Made by a program: the position numbers and the translations under genes. A model generated the notes under the pieces. That model did no database searches and was not told the origin of the DNA. It was given only the letters and a program-made list of their open reading frames with translations. This document shows, in pieces, positions 29,138 to 38,080 of a stretch of 64,000 nucleotides of DNA. Source of the DNA: Rhizobium sp. Q54 (GTDB taxonomy: Bacteria; Pseudomonadota; Alphaproteobacteria; UBA828); the NCBI GenBank assembly GCA_945892755.1, contig CAMDDO010000007.1:1397-65396 (forward strand), given 5' to 3'. The first letter of the stretch is position 1. Each line of letters starts with the position of its first letter.

Positions 29138-30907
29138 ATGGATAACCCAAGAGTCGTCCGTCGCCTTGCGGCGATCCTCGCCGCCGATGCGGTGGGATAT
29201 TCGCGCCTGATGGGAAAGGACGAAGAGGCCACACTCGCGGCCCTGACCGGCCATTTGAGCGAGGTGATCCATCCCGCAGTTGAGCAACACAGGGGCCGGC
29301 TGGTCAAGACGACGGGTGACGGCTTTCTCGCCGAGTTCGGTAGCGTCGTCGATTCCCTCCGTTGCGCCGTGGCGATTCAGGAAAGCATAGCCGCGCGCAA
29401 CGAAGCGATCCCGGTGGACCGCCGCGTCGTGTTCCGGATCGGCATCAATCTCGGCGACGTCATCGTGCAGGATGGCGACGTGTTCGGCGACGGCGTCAAC
29501 GTCGCGGCGCGCCTCGAGGGGCTGGCCGAGCCCGGCGGCATCTGCATGTCGGAAGACGCCTACCGGCAGGTGCGCGGCAAGCTCGACCTCGGCTTCAAAG
29601 ACCTCGGCCCCCAGAAAGTCAAGAACATCGCCGATACCCTGCACGCCTATCAGGTCATCATCGGGACGCCGTCTGGCGTTTCAGCCCAGACCCAGGACAG
29701 GACAGTGGCCGGCTTCGGCGACAGGCCGGCGATCGCAGTGCTGCCTTTCAACAATATGAGCCAAGACAGCGAGCAGGAATATTTCGCCGACGGCATCACC
29801 GAGGACATCATCACGGGCCTCTCGCTCTGGCGCTGGCTGCCGGTCATCGCGCGCAACACAACCGCCACCTACAAGGGGCGCTCGGTCGACGTGAAACAGG
29901 TCGGCCGCGAGCTCGGCGTGCGCTACGTGCTCGAGGGCAGCGTGCGCAAGGGCGGCAATCGGGTGCGCATCACCGCGCAGCTGATCGACGCCAGCACCGG
30001 CGCGCATGTCTGGGCGGAACGTTATGACCGAAGCTTCGACGACATCTTCGCCCTCCAGGACGAGATCACCGAACGTATCGTCAGCGTGATCGCGCCCGAG
30101 ATCACCCGATTCGAAGGCCAACGCGTGGTCAATACACCGCCTGCGGATCTTGGCGCATGGGATCTGCTCCATCGCGGCCTTTGGCACGTCAGTCGCTATA
30201 CCGAGGACGACAGCAGGCAGGGACGCGCGCTGCTCGAGCAGGCGTGCGAGCGCGACCCGACCTGGGCTTTGCCCAATAGCTGGCTTGCGCTCAATCATAT
30301 CGCGGCAGCCCTTCTCGGATTGGAAGCGGATGCCGCCCAAGCGCTTTCAAAAGGAGTGGTGTTGGCCGAGAAAGCGGCTGGGCTGGATCGCCATGACGCA
30401 TTGTGTCGCGCTGCACTCAGCGTCGCCTACTTCTGGGTGAACCTGGCCCGTTCCATCGCGGAAGGCGAAAAGGCGATCGAGCTGAATCCGAGCCTAGCCA
30501 TGGGCCATTTCGGGCTTGGCACCTCGAGGGGCTACACCGGTCGATGGCAGGAGGCGCTGGGCCCGCTGCAAACCGCCCGCCGCCTCAGCCCGCGCGATCC
30601 GCTCGTTACGTTCGTGATGGGCATGGAAGCGATCGCACATACCATGTTGCGAGACTATGACTCGGCGATCGAAATCGCGCGTAAGGCCATTCAGGAACAG
30701 CCCACCAATGTGCGCGCGCGACACCGCCTCGCGGTCGCGTTGGCTCAAAAGGGCGATCTGGATACCGCACGAAAGGCGTTCGAGGAGTCGAAGAAGTTCA
30801 TTCCCAATCCCACTGTGGCTTTTTTCAATGCCACCTATCCATTCGATCGGCCCGAGGACCGGGAATTCTTTTTCGATGGGCTGCGCAAGGCCGGTTGGGA
30901 AGGGTAG
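29138..30907 (+). CDS. class III adenylate/guanylate cyclase domain protein with C-terminal TPR region
   Basis: 589 aa. AILAADAVGYSRLM, KTTGDGFLAEF and GDGVNVAARLE are cyclase motifs. The C-terminal half is helical-repeat/TPR-like. Confidence 0.88.
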   Translation: MDNPRVVRRLAAILAADAVGYSRLMGKDEEATLAALTGHLSEVIHPAVEQHRGRLVKTTGDGFLAEFGSVVDSLRCAVAIQESIAARNEAIPVDRRVVFRIGINLGDVIVQDGDVFGDGVNVAARLEGLAEPGGICMSEDAYRQVRGKLDLGFKDLGPQKVKNIADTLHAYQVIIGTPSGVSAQTQDRTVAGFGDRPAIAVLPFNNMSQDSEQEYFADGITEDIITGLSLWRWLPVIARNTTATYKGRSVDVKQVGRELGVRYVLEGSVRKGGNRVRITAQLIDASTGAHVWAERYDRSFDDIFALQDEITERIVSVIAPEITRFEGQRVVNTPPADLGAWDLLHRGLWHVSRYTEDDSRQGRALLEQACERDPTWALPNSWLALNHIAAALLGLEADAAQALSKGVVLAEKAAGLDRHDALCRAALSVAYFWVNLARSIAEGEKAIELNPSLAMGHFGLGTSRGYTGRWQEALGPLQTARRLSPRDPLVTFVMGMEAIAHTMLRDYDSAIEIARKAIQEQPTNVRARHRLAVALAQKGDLDTARKAFEESKKFIPNPTVAFFNATYPFDRPEDREFFFDGLRKAGWEG

Positions 30908-30995
30908 GGCGCGATCAATCGCCTCGATCTGCCGCGATTTTTCGGGCATCAGGCCCAACACCCTGAAATCCGTCCCTTTTCGCCAGCTTTGACCC

Positions 30996-31112
30996 CCCTC
31001 GGCACCAGCACGAAATACCGCCCCTTGGCGTTCATCACGCCGGCGTGCTCGCCGGCTTTGTCGCCCGTGCCGAAAAATATATCGCCGCGCACCGGGCCGA
31101 CGATGGCGCCGC
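30996..31112 (-). pseudogene. relic of the mltA 3' end (duplicate of 32126-32242)
   Basis: 117-nt segment with 11 mismatches (hand count) to the 3' end of the intact mltA. Minus-strand translation GPVRGDIFFGTGDKAGEHAGVMNAKGRYFVL is identical to the MltA C-terminus. Confidence 0.8.
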
Positions 31113-31251
31113 TACGCGCTTCGCCCCGCTCCTGCCCGCGGCGCAAAATTCCTCCGGCGCAACCGGGTCAACTTGGTCGGAACATGCTCTAGACTCAGGG
31201 CGGGCGGTGCGCGAAGCTTTCGAGCATCCCGATCCATTAGGAGGGCTGGAC

Positions 31252-32100
31252 ATGGCCGCGCCATTGACCGACCGCACCGTCCGGATCGAGGGCGGCATCA
31301 CGCTCCACTATGTCGAAGCGGGCACGGGCAAGCCGCTCATCATCATTCCCTCCTGGTCGCTCACCGGCGCGGCCTATAAGCACCAGCTCGATGTCCTCTC
31401 GCGCGGGCGGCGCGTCATCGCGCTCGACATGCGGGGGCACGGCGAATCGAGCAAGCCCGAGCACGGCTATCGGGTCAGCCGGCTCGCCGCCGATTTGCGC
31501 GCGGTGATCGAGGCGCTCGACCTCGCGGAGGTCGACCTGATGGGCCATTCGATCGGCAGCTCGATCATTTGGAGCTATTGCGATCTGTTCGGCGCCTACC
31601 GGCTCGGGCGCCTGATTTTCGTCGATCAGGCGCCCTCGGTCACAGCCAAGCCCGATTGGTCGGCGGCCGAGCGCGTCACCTATGGCTGTCTCCTTCCCGA
31701 TCTGCCCGCGCTCGCCGAATTCTATATGCAGGTGCGCGCAGCCGAGACGGCGGAAGCAACCGCGCCGGTGATCGCCCGCCTGTTCTCCCCCTCGCTGCCG
31801 CGCGCCGACCTGTTGTATTTCGCCAGCGAGATCGTGAAGCTGCCGCGCCGGCACGCGGCCGACCTCCTCTATGATCACTGCTCGCTCGATTGGCGCGACG
31901 TGATCAAGACGATCCGCCGCCCGACCCTGGTGGTCGGCGCACGAGCCAGCATCTTCTCGGCCGAATCGCAGGAATGGATCGGGGCCCAAATTCCCGGCGC
32001 GCAAGTCGAGATCTTCGCGGCCCATGAAGGCGGCTCGCATTTCATGTGCTACGAGAACCCGGCCAAGTTCAACGCGCTGGTCGAGACGTTTTTGCGCTGA
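31252..32100 (+). CDS. alpha/beta fold hydrolase
   Basis: ORF 31045..32100 trimmed to ATG 31252 (AGGAGGG RBS). LHYVEAGTGKPLIIIPSW, RGHGES, nucleophile elbow GHSIGS. Confidence 0.85.
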   Translation: MAAPLTDRTVRIEGGITLHYVEAGTGKPLIIIPSWSLTGAAYKHQLDVLSRGRRVIALDMRGHGESSKPEHGYRVSRLAADLRAVIEALDLAEVDLMGHSIGSSIIWSYCDLFGAYRLGRLIFVDQAPSVTAKPDWSAAERVTYGCLLPDLPALAEFYMQVRAAETAEATAPVIARLFSPSLPRADLLYFASEIVKLPRRHAADLLYDHCSLDWRDVIKTIRRPTLVVGARASIFSAESQEWIGAQIPGAQVEIFAAHEGGSHFMCYENPAKFNALVETFLR

Positions 32101-32105
32101 GGAGC

Positions 32106-33314
32106 CTAATCGCCAACCGGAATTGCCCTCGGCAGCAGCACGAAATAACGCCCCTTGGCGTTCATCACGCCGGCATGCTCGCCGGCTTTATCGCCCGTGC
32201 CGAAGAAGATGTCGCCGCGCACGGGGCCGGTGATCGCGCCGCCGGTATCCTGCGCGATCATCAGGCGGCGGAACTTGCCATCGGGCGCCTCGAGCGATGA
32301 AGTTTCGAGCCAGAGCGGCGCGCCGAACGGCATGAGCTTGCGGTCAACCGCGAGCGAGCGCCCGGCGGTGAGCGGTATGCCTTCGGCGCCGATCGGCCCG
32401 TCGTTCGCGTCAAGCCCATCCTGCCAGCGGAAAAACACATAAGACGGGTTCTTGTTCATGACCGCGGGCGCCTTGGCCGGGTTTCGCGCGAGCCAGGCGC
32501 GGATCGTCTGCATCGAGACGTTGCCCTTTTCAAGCGCACCGTCATCGAGCAGCGCCTTGCCGATGGCGACATAGGGCCGGCCGTTCGCTGCTTCATAGCC
32601 GACGCGCCGCATCGAGCCGTCAGCCAGAGCGAGGCGGCCAGAGCCTTGGATTTGCAGAAAAAAGGCATCGACCGGATCATCGACCCAGGCGAGCACCGGC
32701 GCGCGGCCGTCGAGCGCGCCGGCTTCGATCTCGGCCCTTGCCTGATAGGGCACCAGGCGATCCTTATCGACCCGGCCGGCGATGCGTTCGCCCTTCCAGG
32801 CATCGCGGAATTGGCCGAGATCGACGGTCACCAGATCGCTTGGCCTGCCATGAAGCGGCACGCGAAAGCGCGCATCCTTCTTGAGGGCGGCTTTCAGCTC
32901 AGGCTCGTAATAGCCCGTGAAGAGGCCCTCTGGCTTGCCATCGGCGCGCACCTCGAAGGGCTGAAAATGCGTCTCGAAGAAGCGCCGCGCCGCGCCGTTA
33001 TCCATTGGCGCGCGCTTGCGTGCTTCCGCGCAAACCGGCTTCCAATCAGCGGCGGTGCCGGAGAAATTTCCGCCCATGGGGCGCTCGGTGGGTAATTTGT
33101 CGATTCGTGCGCAGCTTTTCAGGAACGCGCCAAGCGCCGCGCTCTGGCGATCCTCCGCCCAACCGTCGAGCGCGGCGAAGCCCACGCGGACCAGCGTGAG
33201 CTTGATACCCGGCTTCGCTTCGGGGGGCGTGGGCGCTACGACCGGCGCACAGGCCGCGACCACACAAAGGCAAAGAAATGCGCCAAAGCGGTGGAGCCGC
33301 GCGATCGGCCTCAT
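32106..33314 (-). CDS. mltA: murein transglycosylase A (lipoprotein)
   Basis: ORF 32106..33383 trimmed to MRPIARLHRFGAFLCLCVVAAC (lipobox). MltA and 3D domain blocks FTGYYEP, AVDRKLMPFGAPLWLE, GDIFFGTGDKAGEHAG. Confidence 0.9.
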   Translation of the reverse strand: MRPIARLHRFGAFLCLCVVAACAPVVAPTPPEAKPGIKLTLVRVGFAALDGWAEDRQSAALGAFLKSCARIDKLPTERPMGGNFSGTAADWKPVCAEARKRAPMDNGAARRFFETHFQPFEVRADGKPEGLFTGYYEPELKAALKKDARFRVPLHGRPSDLVTVDLGQFRDAWKGERIAGRVDKDRLVPYQARAEIEAGALDGRAPVLAWVDDPVDAFFLQIQGSGRLALADGSMRRVGYEAANGRPYVAIGKALLDDGALEKGNVSMQTIRAWLARNPAKAPAVMNKNPSYVFFRWQDGLDANDGPIGAEGIPLTAGRSLAVDRKLMPFGAPLWLETSSLEAPDGKFRRLMIAQDTGGAITGPVRGDIFFGTGDKAGEHAGVMNAKGRYFVLLPRAIPVGD

Positions 33315-34081
33315 GCCACCGCGCGGGTCTCGACCAAGGACCAATTCGGATCGCGCGAACGCGTATTGCGCGAAAACGTCCAATCCTCGGTCACTTGCAC
33401 CGCTTTGTCGGGGTCGCCGGAGACGACTTCGCCGGTCGTCGTGCGAGTCACGCTGATTTGCTCGCTGGTGAAGCGCACGGTGAGGACCGCGGTACGGCCG
33501 GTCATCTGGGCCGCGACGATTTCAGCCGATTTCACGTCAAGCACGCGGGTCTCAACGCTTTGGCCGGCGGCGAGGCGAGCGCGGATTTCGGCGGCGAAGC
33601 GATCATAGACGTCGTCGCCCAACAGCGGTCTCAGCGTCGCGGTTTCGCCTTTCGCAAAGGCCTCGACGATCATGCCGAACGCGGCGCCGGCGCCCTGCAC
33701 GAAATCGCGCGGATCGAAGCTCGGATCGGCGACCTTGATTTGGGTAAAGCCGGCCCGCACATCCTGGCTGGCGCCGGTGCCCCTCGGGCGATCGTTCGGC
33801 TCGCGCACCGGCTCCGCCGCGCGCTCCTGGCCGATCTCGGCCTCGTCGCGCTCGAACGGCTCGTCCGCTTCGGTTGCCGACCCGGGCGGCGCGCCGCGCC
33901 CCGGCATGCGGACCACATTGCCCGCACGATCGGTCGGCGCCTCGGACGAGCGCGCGAACGGATCGGCATGCTTGCGCTCATTGCCGGTACGCCGGCCCAA
34001 GACCGAACGCAGTCGCAAAATGATGAACAGCGCGATCAGCGCGAAAAACAGGATGTCCAGGAAGTGAAAACCGTCGGACAT
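33311..34081 (-). CDS. Tim44-like domain protein
   Basis: 256 aa. N-terminal TM segment LDILFFALIALFIILRL followed by a C-terminal Tim44-like region. The stop overlaps the mltA start (ATGA). Confidence 0.85.
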   Translation of the reverse strand: MSDGFHFLDILFFALIALFIILRLRSVLGRRTGNERKHADPFARSSEAPTDRAGNVVRMPGRGAPPGSATEADEPFERDEAEIGQERAAEPVREPNDRPRGTGASQDVRAGFTQIKVADPSFDPRDFVQGAGAAFGMIVEAFAKGETATLRPLLGDDVYDRFAAEIRARLAAGQSVETRVLDVKSAEIVAAQMTGRTAVLTVRFTSEQISVTRTTTGEVVSGDPDKAVQVTEDWTFSRNTRSRDPNWSLVETRAVA

Positions 34082-34171
34082 GACAGCTACCCTTGCCGCA
34101 GCGCCGCTTTCCGACGCAAAGTCTGGGTTCTAGATAAACCCTGAACCGGCCCACCGCAAGGCAAGGCAGAC

Positions 34172-34645
34172 GTGCCGCTCGTCTTTCTCCTCTTCCCGGC
34201 GCTCGAAATTTACCTTTACGTCGTGCTCGGCGGCGCGATCGGCGCCTGGGCGACAATCGGCGTGGTGCTCGGCGCCATCGTCGGCGGGCTTGCGATCGTG
34301 CGTTTTCAGGGCTTCTCGATGCTGCTCGGGGCGCGCAGGGCGCTGCTCGAAGGCAAGGAGCCCGCCGGACCGATCATCGAGGGCGTCGCCGTGCTGATCG
34401 CGGGTCTCCTCCTGATCGTTCCCGGCATGATAAGCGATGTTCTCGGCCTTCTCCTGCTGGTGCCACCGCTCCGGCGCGCGCTTATCGGTCTCATCGCCAA
34501 GTCGATCTCGACCCGGTTGCGCGGCACGGTCCGGGCCGCCGCGGCCGAAGCGGGCGAGATCATCGATGTAACGTTTACCGAGGTTCCGCCCGAGCCGCCG
34601 TCTTCGATCGATTCAACCCAGCGCAAGCCGCCCGATCCACGGTGA
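34172..34645 (+). CDS. fxsA: FxsA family membrane protein
   Basis: 157 aa, GTG start. LLFPALEIYLYVVLGGAIGAW and LLIVPGMISDVLGLLLLVPPLR are typical FxsA blocks. Confidence 0.85.
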   Translation: MPLVFLLFPALEIYLYVVLGGAIGAWATIGVVLGAIVGGLAIVRFQGFSMLLGARRALLEGKEPAGPIIEGVAVLIAGLLLIVPGMISDVLGLLLLVPPLRRALIGLIAKSISTRLRGTVRAAAAEAGEIIDVTFTEVPPEPPSSIDSTQRKPPDPR

Positions 34646-34710
34646 GCCGGCTTGTCGGTGGGCGGCCCGCGTGTTAGCCGTTGCAGCCCCGCCCGATCGA
34701 GGAGTGTCCC

Positions 34711-35211
34711 ATGAGCGATGCGCAACCAAGCCCCGCCGGGGGCCCGGCCACTGGTGCCAAGCCGGCCGAAGAGGCGAGGCCTGTCATCAACGTGATGTCG
34801 CAGTACATCAAGGACCTCTCATTCGAGAACCCGAATGCGCCGGCGAGCCTTCAAGGCGGAGCGACGCAACCTGAGATCAAGGTCAATATCGAGGTCAATG
34901 CCGAGGCGCTCAAGGACGGCTCGTTCGAGGTCATGCTCAGTATCTCGGCGACGGCGAAGACCGGCGAATCGGTCGTCTTCGTCACCGAGCTCACCTATGC
35001 AGGCCAGTTCGCCATTACCAACGCCTCGCGCGAGGTATTGCCGGCGATCCTGTTGGTCGAGTGCCCGCGCATGCTGTTTCCGTTCGCCCGGCGCGTGATC
35101 GCGGACGCCACGCGCGACGGCGGTTTCCCGCCCATGCTGCTCAACCCGGTCGATTTCGTCGCGCTGTTCCGCCAGCAGCGCTCGGCGCAAGCCGCGCCGG
35201 CAAAAGCCTAG
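34711..35211 (+). CDS. secB: protein-export chaperone SecB
   Basis: ORF 34681..35211 trimmed to ATG 34711 (GAGGAG RBS). YIKDLSFENPNAP and ECPRMLFPFARRVIADATRDGGFPPMLLNPVDF. Confidence 0.93.
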   Translation: MSDAQPSPAGGPATGAKPAEEARPVINVMSQYIKDLSFENPNAPASLQGGATQPEIKVNIEVNAEALKDGSFEVMLSISATAKTGESVVFVTELTYAGQFAITNASREVLPAILLVECPRMLFPFARRVIADATRDGGFPPMLLNPVDFVALFRQQRSAQAAPAKA

Positions 35212-35218
35212 TCGAGCC

Positions 35219-35893
35219 TCAAGCCTTCCAGATCGCGTCCTTGATGGTCGCGACGAACGCGGCGTGGGCGGCCTCTTCGTCTGGCGTCGGCGCGTGAACC
35301 CGGGGGGTGCGCGACCGCAGCCTCACCGCCGCCGCCGCGCTCGCGGCGCGCGTGCCCCGATTGAGCGCGAGCGTCGCCTGCCGCCCGCCGAGCAGGCTCA
35401 GATAGACCTCGGCAAGCAAATTGGCGTCGAGCAAAGCGCCGTGCAGCTCGCGCCCGGTATTATCGATGTTGAAGCGGCGACAGAGCGCATCGAGGCTGGC
35501 CGGGGCGCCCGGCGGGATCTTGCGTCGCGCCAGAGCGACCGTATCGAGTGCGCGCGTGAACGCGATCGGCGCCCGACTGATACGCCCGAGTTCCATGTTG
35601 AGAAAGCCAAGGTCGAACGATGCGTTGTGAATGACCAGCGGCGCATCACCGATGAAGCTCATCAATGCATCGACGATTTCGGCGAAACGCGGCTTATCGC
35701 GCAGGAAATTGCTCGAGAGGCCGTGAACGCGCTCAGCCTCGATCGGTACCTCGCGTTCGGGGTTGAGATATTGCTGATAGGTCCGTCCGGTCGACACGTG
35801 GTTTTCAAGCTCGACGCAGCCGATCTCGACCAAGCGGTGCCCGACGGAAGGATCGAGGCCGGTGGTTTCGGTATCAAGCACGACTTCGCGCAT
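35219..35893 (-). CDS. dnaQ: DNA polymerase III epsilon subunit (3'-5' exonuclease)
   Basis: ORF 35219..35962 trimmed to MREVVLDTETTGLDP (Exo I). VIHNASFDLGFL (Exo II), HGALLDANLLAEVY (Exo III). Confidence 0.93.
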   Translation of the reverse strand: MREVVLDTETTGLDPSVGHRLVEIGCVELENHVSTGRTYQQYLNPEREVPIEAERVHGLSSNFLRDKPRFAEIVDALMSFIGDAPLVIHNASFDLGFLNMELGRISRAPIAFTRALDTVALARRKIPPGAPASLDALCRRFNIDNTGRELHGALLDANLLAEVYLSLLGGRQATLALNRGTRAASAAAAVRLRSRTPRVHAPTPDEEAAHAAFVATIKDAIWKA

Positions 35894-35898
35894 CCGGC

Positions 35899-36522
35899 TC
35901 AATCCTCGCTCCGTTGGGCGTGCGGCCGCGCGACACGGCTGACGATGGCGCGCACCGCGCACAGAGAATCGCGCTTGCCGAGCCCGGTCGGCACCACGAA
36001 ATCGGCGCGCCGACGCTTTTCTGTATCGCCAAGTTGGTGACGCAATATGCCCTCGAGCTTTGTTGCCGTCATGCCGGAGCGTTTGAGCACGCGCCCACGC
36101 TGAATTCGCGCCGGCGCCGAGACCACCACGGCGGCGTCCACGCGCATGCCGCCCCGCGCCTCGAACAGCAACGGAATATCGAGCACGACGAGGTTGGTGC
36201 GGGAACGCCGGGCGCGGTTCAGGAACCGGCGCTGTTCGCGGCGCACGAGAGGATGCACGATGGCTTCAAGCCGGCGCAGCGCCGCCTTGTCGGTAAAGAC
36301 GGCGAGACCGAGCGCCTTGCGATCAACCGCGAGCCCGCCCGGCCTTTCAAGCCGCGCGCCAGGAAAGGCCGCCAACACGGGCCCAACCGCCGCGCCCCCC
36401 GGGCCAAGCAGGCGATGGACCGTGGCATCGGCATCCCAAAGCTTGGCCCCGAGCCTGACGAAGGCGCGCGCGGCAGTGCTCTTGCCCATGCCGATCGAGC
36501 CGGTGAGGCCGAGCACGACCAT
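35899..36522 (-). CDS. coaE: dephospho-CoA kinase
   Basis: 207 aa. P-loop VLGLTGSIGMGKST and VVLDIPLLFE. Confidence 0.9.
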   Translation of the reverse strand: MVVLGLTGSIGMGKSTAARAFVRLGAKLWDADATVHRLLGPGGAAVGPVLAAFPGARLERPGGLAVDRKALGLAVFTDKAALRRLEAIVHPLVRREQRRFLNRARRSRTNLVVLDIPLLFEARGGMRVDAAVVVSAPARIQRGRVLKRSGMTATKLEGILRHQLGDTEKRRRADFVVPTGLGKRDSLCAVRAIVSRVARPHAQRSED

Positions 36523-36524
36523 CG

Positions 36525-37394
36525 TCAGCCCCGCAGGTCTTCGGCGACGAAGGCTCTGAGCGCCGGCGTCACCACCGGGTCAAGGCCGAACCAGGCACGA
36601 AAACCCGGGCGGGCTTGATGCAGCAACATGCCAAGACCGTCAACCGTGTGATGGCCGCGCTGACGAGCAAGTTTCAGCAAGGGCGTTTCAAGGGGTGCAT
36701 AGACCAGATCATAGACCACCGCGTCGCCCGTCAGCCGATCAAGGCCAAGGTCGAGCGGCGGCTGACCCGTCATGCCAAGGCTCGTCGTATTGACCAAGAG
36801 CGACACATCGTCGAGCGCCGCGCCGCGCTGCTCCCACTCGATTACATTGATCGTTGGGCCGAATGCGTCGCGCAGCTCGCCGGCGTGCGCTGCTGATCGA
36901 TTGATCAACCGGAGTTTGCTCACCCCCGCGTCCAACAGCGCGACGATGACCGCCCGCGCCGCGCCCCCGGCGCCAAGCACGGCGACCGGTCGCGTGCCTG
37001 CGCACCATTGTGGTGCGCTCGTCTTTAAGTGCTCGAAAAAGCCGAAGCCATCGGTGTTATCGCCCTCCAATCGACCGTCGGCGGTGACCACGATGGTATT
37101 GACCGCCCCGATCCGATTTGCGGTGGTCGAGACAGAATCGAGCACCCGAAACTCGTCCTCGATTCGAAGCGCCGCTACCTTATGCGGTAGTGTCAAATTG
37201 ACACCCTTGAAGCCCAGCGCCGGCAACACCCGCAACGCCGCGCGCAAATTCTCGGGTGCGACCGCCAGCGGCACATAGGCACCATCGATCTCATAGTGAT
37301 TGAGCCAATAGCCGTGCAGCCGGGGCGAACGCGAGTGGCTGACCGGCCAGCCCATCACCCCCGCCAGTTTGGCTCGACCGCTCAGGACCGCCAT
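36525..37394 (-). CDS. aroE: shikimate dehydrogenase
   Basis: 289 aa. VMGWPVSHSRSPRLH, GVNLTLPHK, NTDGFGF, LGAGGAARAV. Confidence 0.92.
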   Translation of the reverse strand: MAVLSGRAKLAGVMGWPVSHSRSPRLHGYWLNHYEIDGAYVPLAVAPENLRAALRVLPALGFKGVNLTLPHKVAALRIEDEFRVLDSVSTTANRIGAVNTIVVTADGRLEGDNTDGFGFFEHLKTSAPQWCAGTRPVAVLGAGGAARAVIVALLDAGVSKLRLINRSAAHAGELRDAFGPTINVIEWEQRGAALDDVSLLVNTTSLGMTGQPPLDLGLDRLTGDAVVYDLVYAPLETPLLKLARQRGHHTVDGLGMLLHQARPGFRAWFGLDPVVTPALRAFVAEDLRG

Positions 37395-38065
37395 GCGCCT
37401 ATGCCTTGACCGCGCAGGAAGTCCAACAAAGGCAGCAAGGGCAAGCCGAGAATGGCAAAATAATCGCCCTCGATGCGCGCGAACAAATGGATGCCAATGC
37501 CCTCAAGACGATAGCCGCCGACGCAGCCAATCACCTCGTCGCCGGCGGCGTCGAGATAGCCGTCTATCGCCGTCGCATCGAGTTGGCGCATGGTCAGGCT
37601 CGGCGCCTCGACCCGATGCCAAAGACGCTCGCCGGCTTGCATGACGCATATCGCGGTCGCGAGCACATGGTCGCGGCCTTGCAGCAGCCCGATCTGTCGA
37701 CCAGCGTCGACGCGATCGATCGCCTTGTCAAACCAGGCGCCGGCGCAGTCCAGCAGCTGATCGCAGCCGAGCACGAGATCGTCCGGCCGCATCGCGCTGA
37801 TGCGCGCGGCCTTGAGTTCGGCAAGCGCGAGCGCCGCGTCGCGCGCGCTGGCGTGTTCGGCCCGCAGGGCCTCTTTCAGGGCGGCCTCATCGGCATGCGC
37901 CGGCAGGACATCAAAGTCGATCCCGGCATCGCGGAGCAATTGTGCGCGGATCTTGCTTGCCGAGGCCAGGACCAGCCGTGTTGCGCTCCTGCCATGAGTT
38001 CCGACGGCACCAGTCGCAACCGACAAGGTGCGCTCTTTCGCGACGTCCGTTCGGGACTTGGTCAT
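37382..38065 (-). CDS. maf: Maf family nucleoside triphosphate pyrophosphatase
   Basis: 227 aa (the start may lie downstream). LVLASASKIRAQLL...GCDQ...AGGYRLEGIG blocks. Confidence 0.88.
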   Translation of the reverse strand: MTKSRTDVAKERTLSVATGAVGTHGRSATRLVLASASKIRAQLLRDAGIDFDVLPAHADEAALKEALRAEHASARDAALALAELKAARISAMRPDDLVLGCDQLLDCAGAWFDKAIDRVDAGRQIGLLQGRDHVLATAICVMQAGERLWHRVEAPSLTMRQLDATAIDGYLDAAGDEVIGCVGGYRLEGIGIHLFARIEGDYFAILGLPLLPLLDFLRGQGIGAWRS

Positions 38066-38080
38066 GTTTGCGCCGCCTCG

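Noticed and set aside
29883-29898. Additional parS-like sequences (CGTGAAACA half-site here; TGTTTCACG at 39473-39481 in hemE; others at 10431 and 60566)
   Set aside because: Only one half of the palindrome matches and the other half is unrelated. That frequency is expected by chance for a 9-mer half-site.
31045-31251. 69-codon N-terminal extension of the alpha/beta hydrolase ORF
   Set aside because: It is antisense to the mltA relic and lacks hydrolase homology. An AGGAGGG RBS precedes the ATG at 31252.
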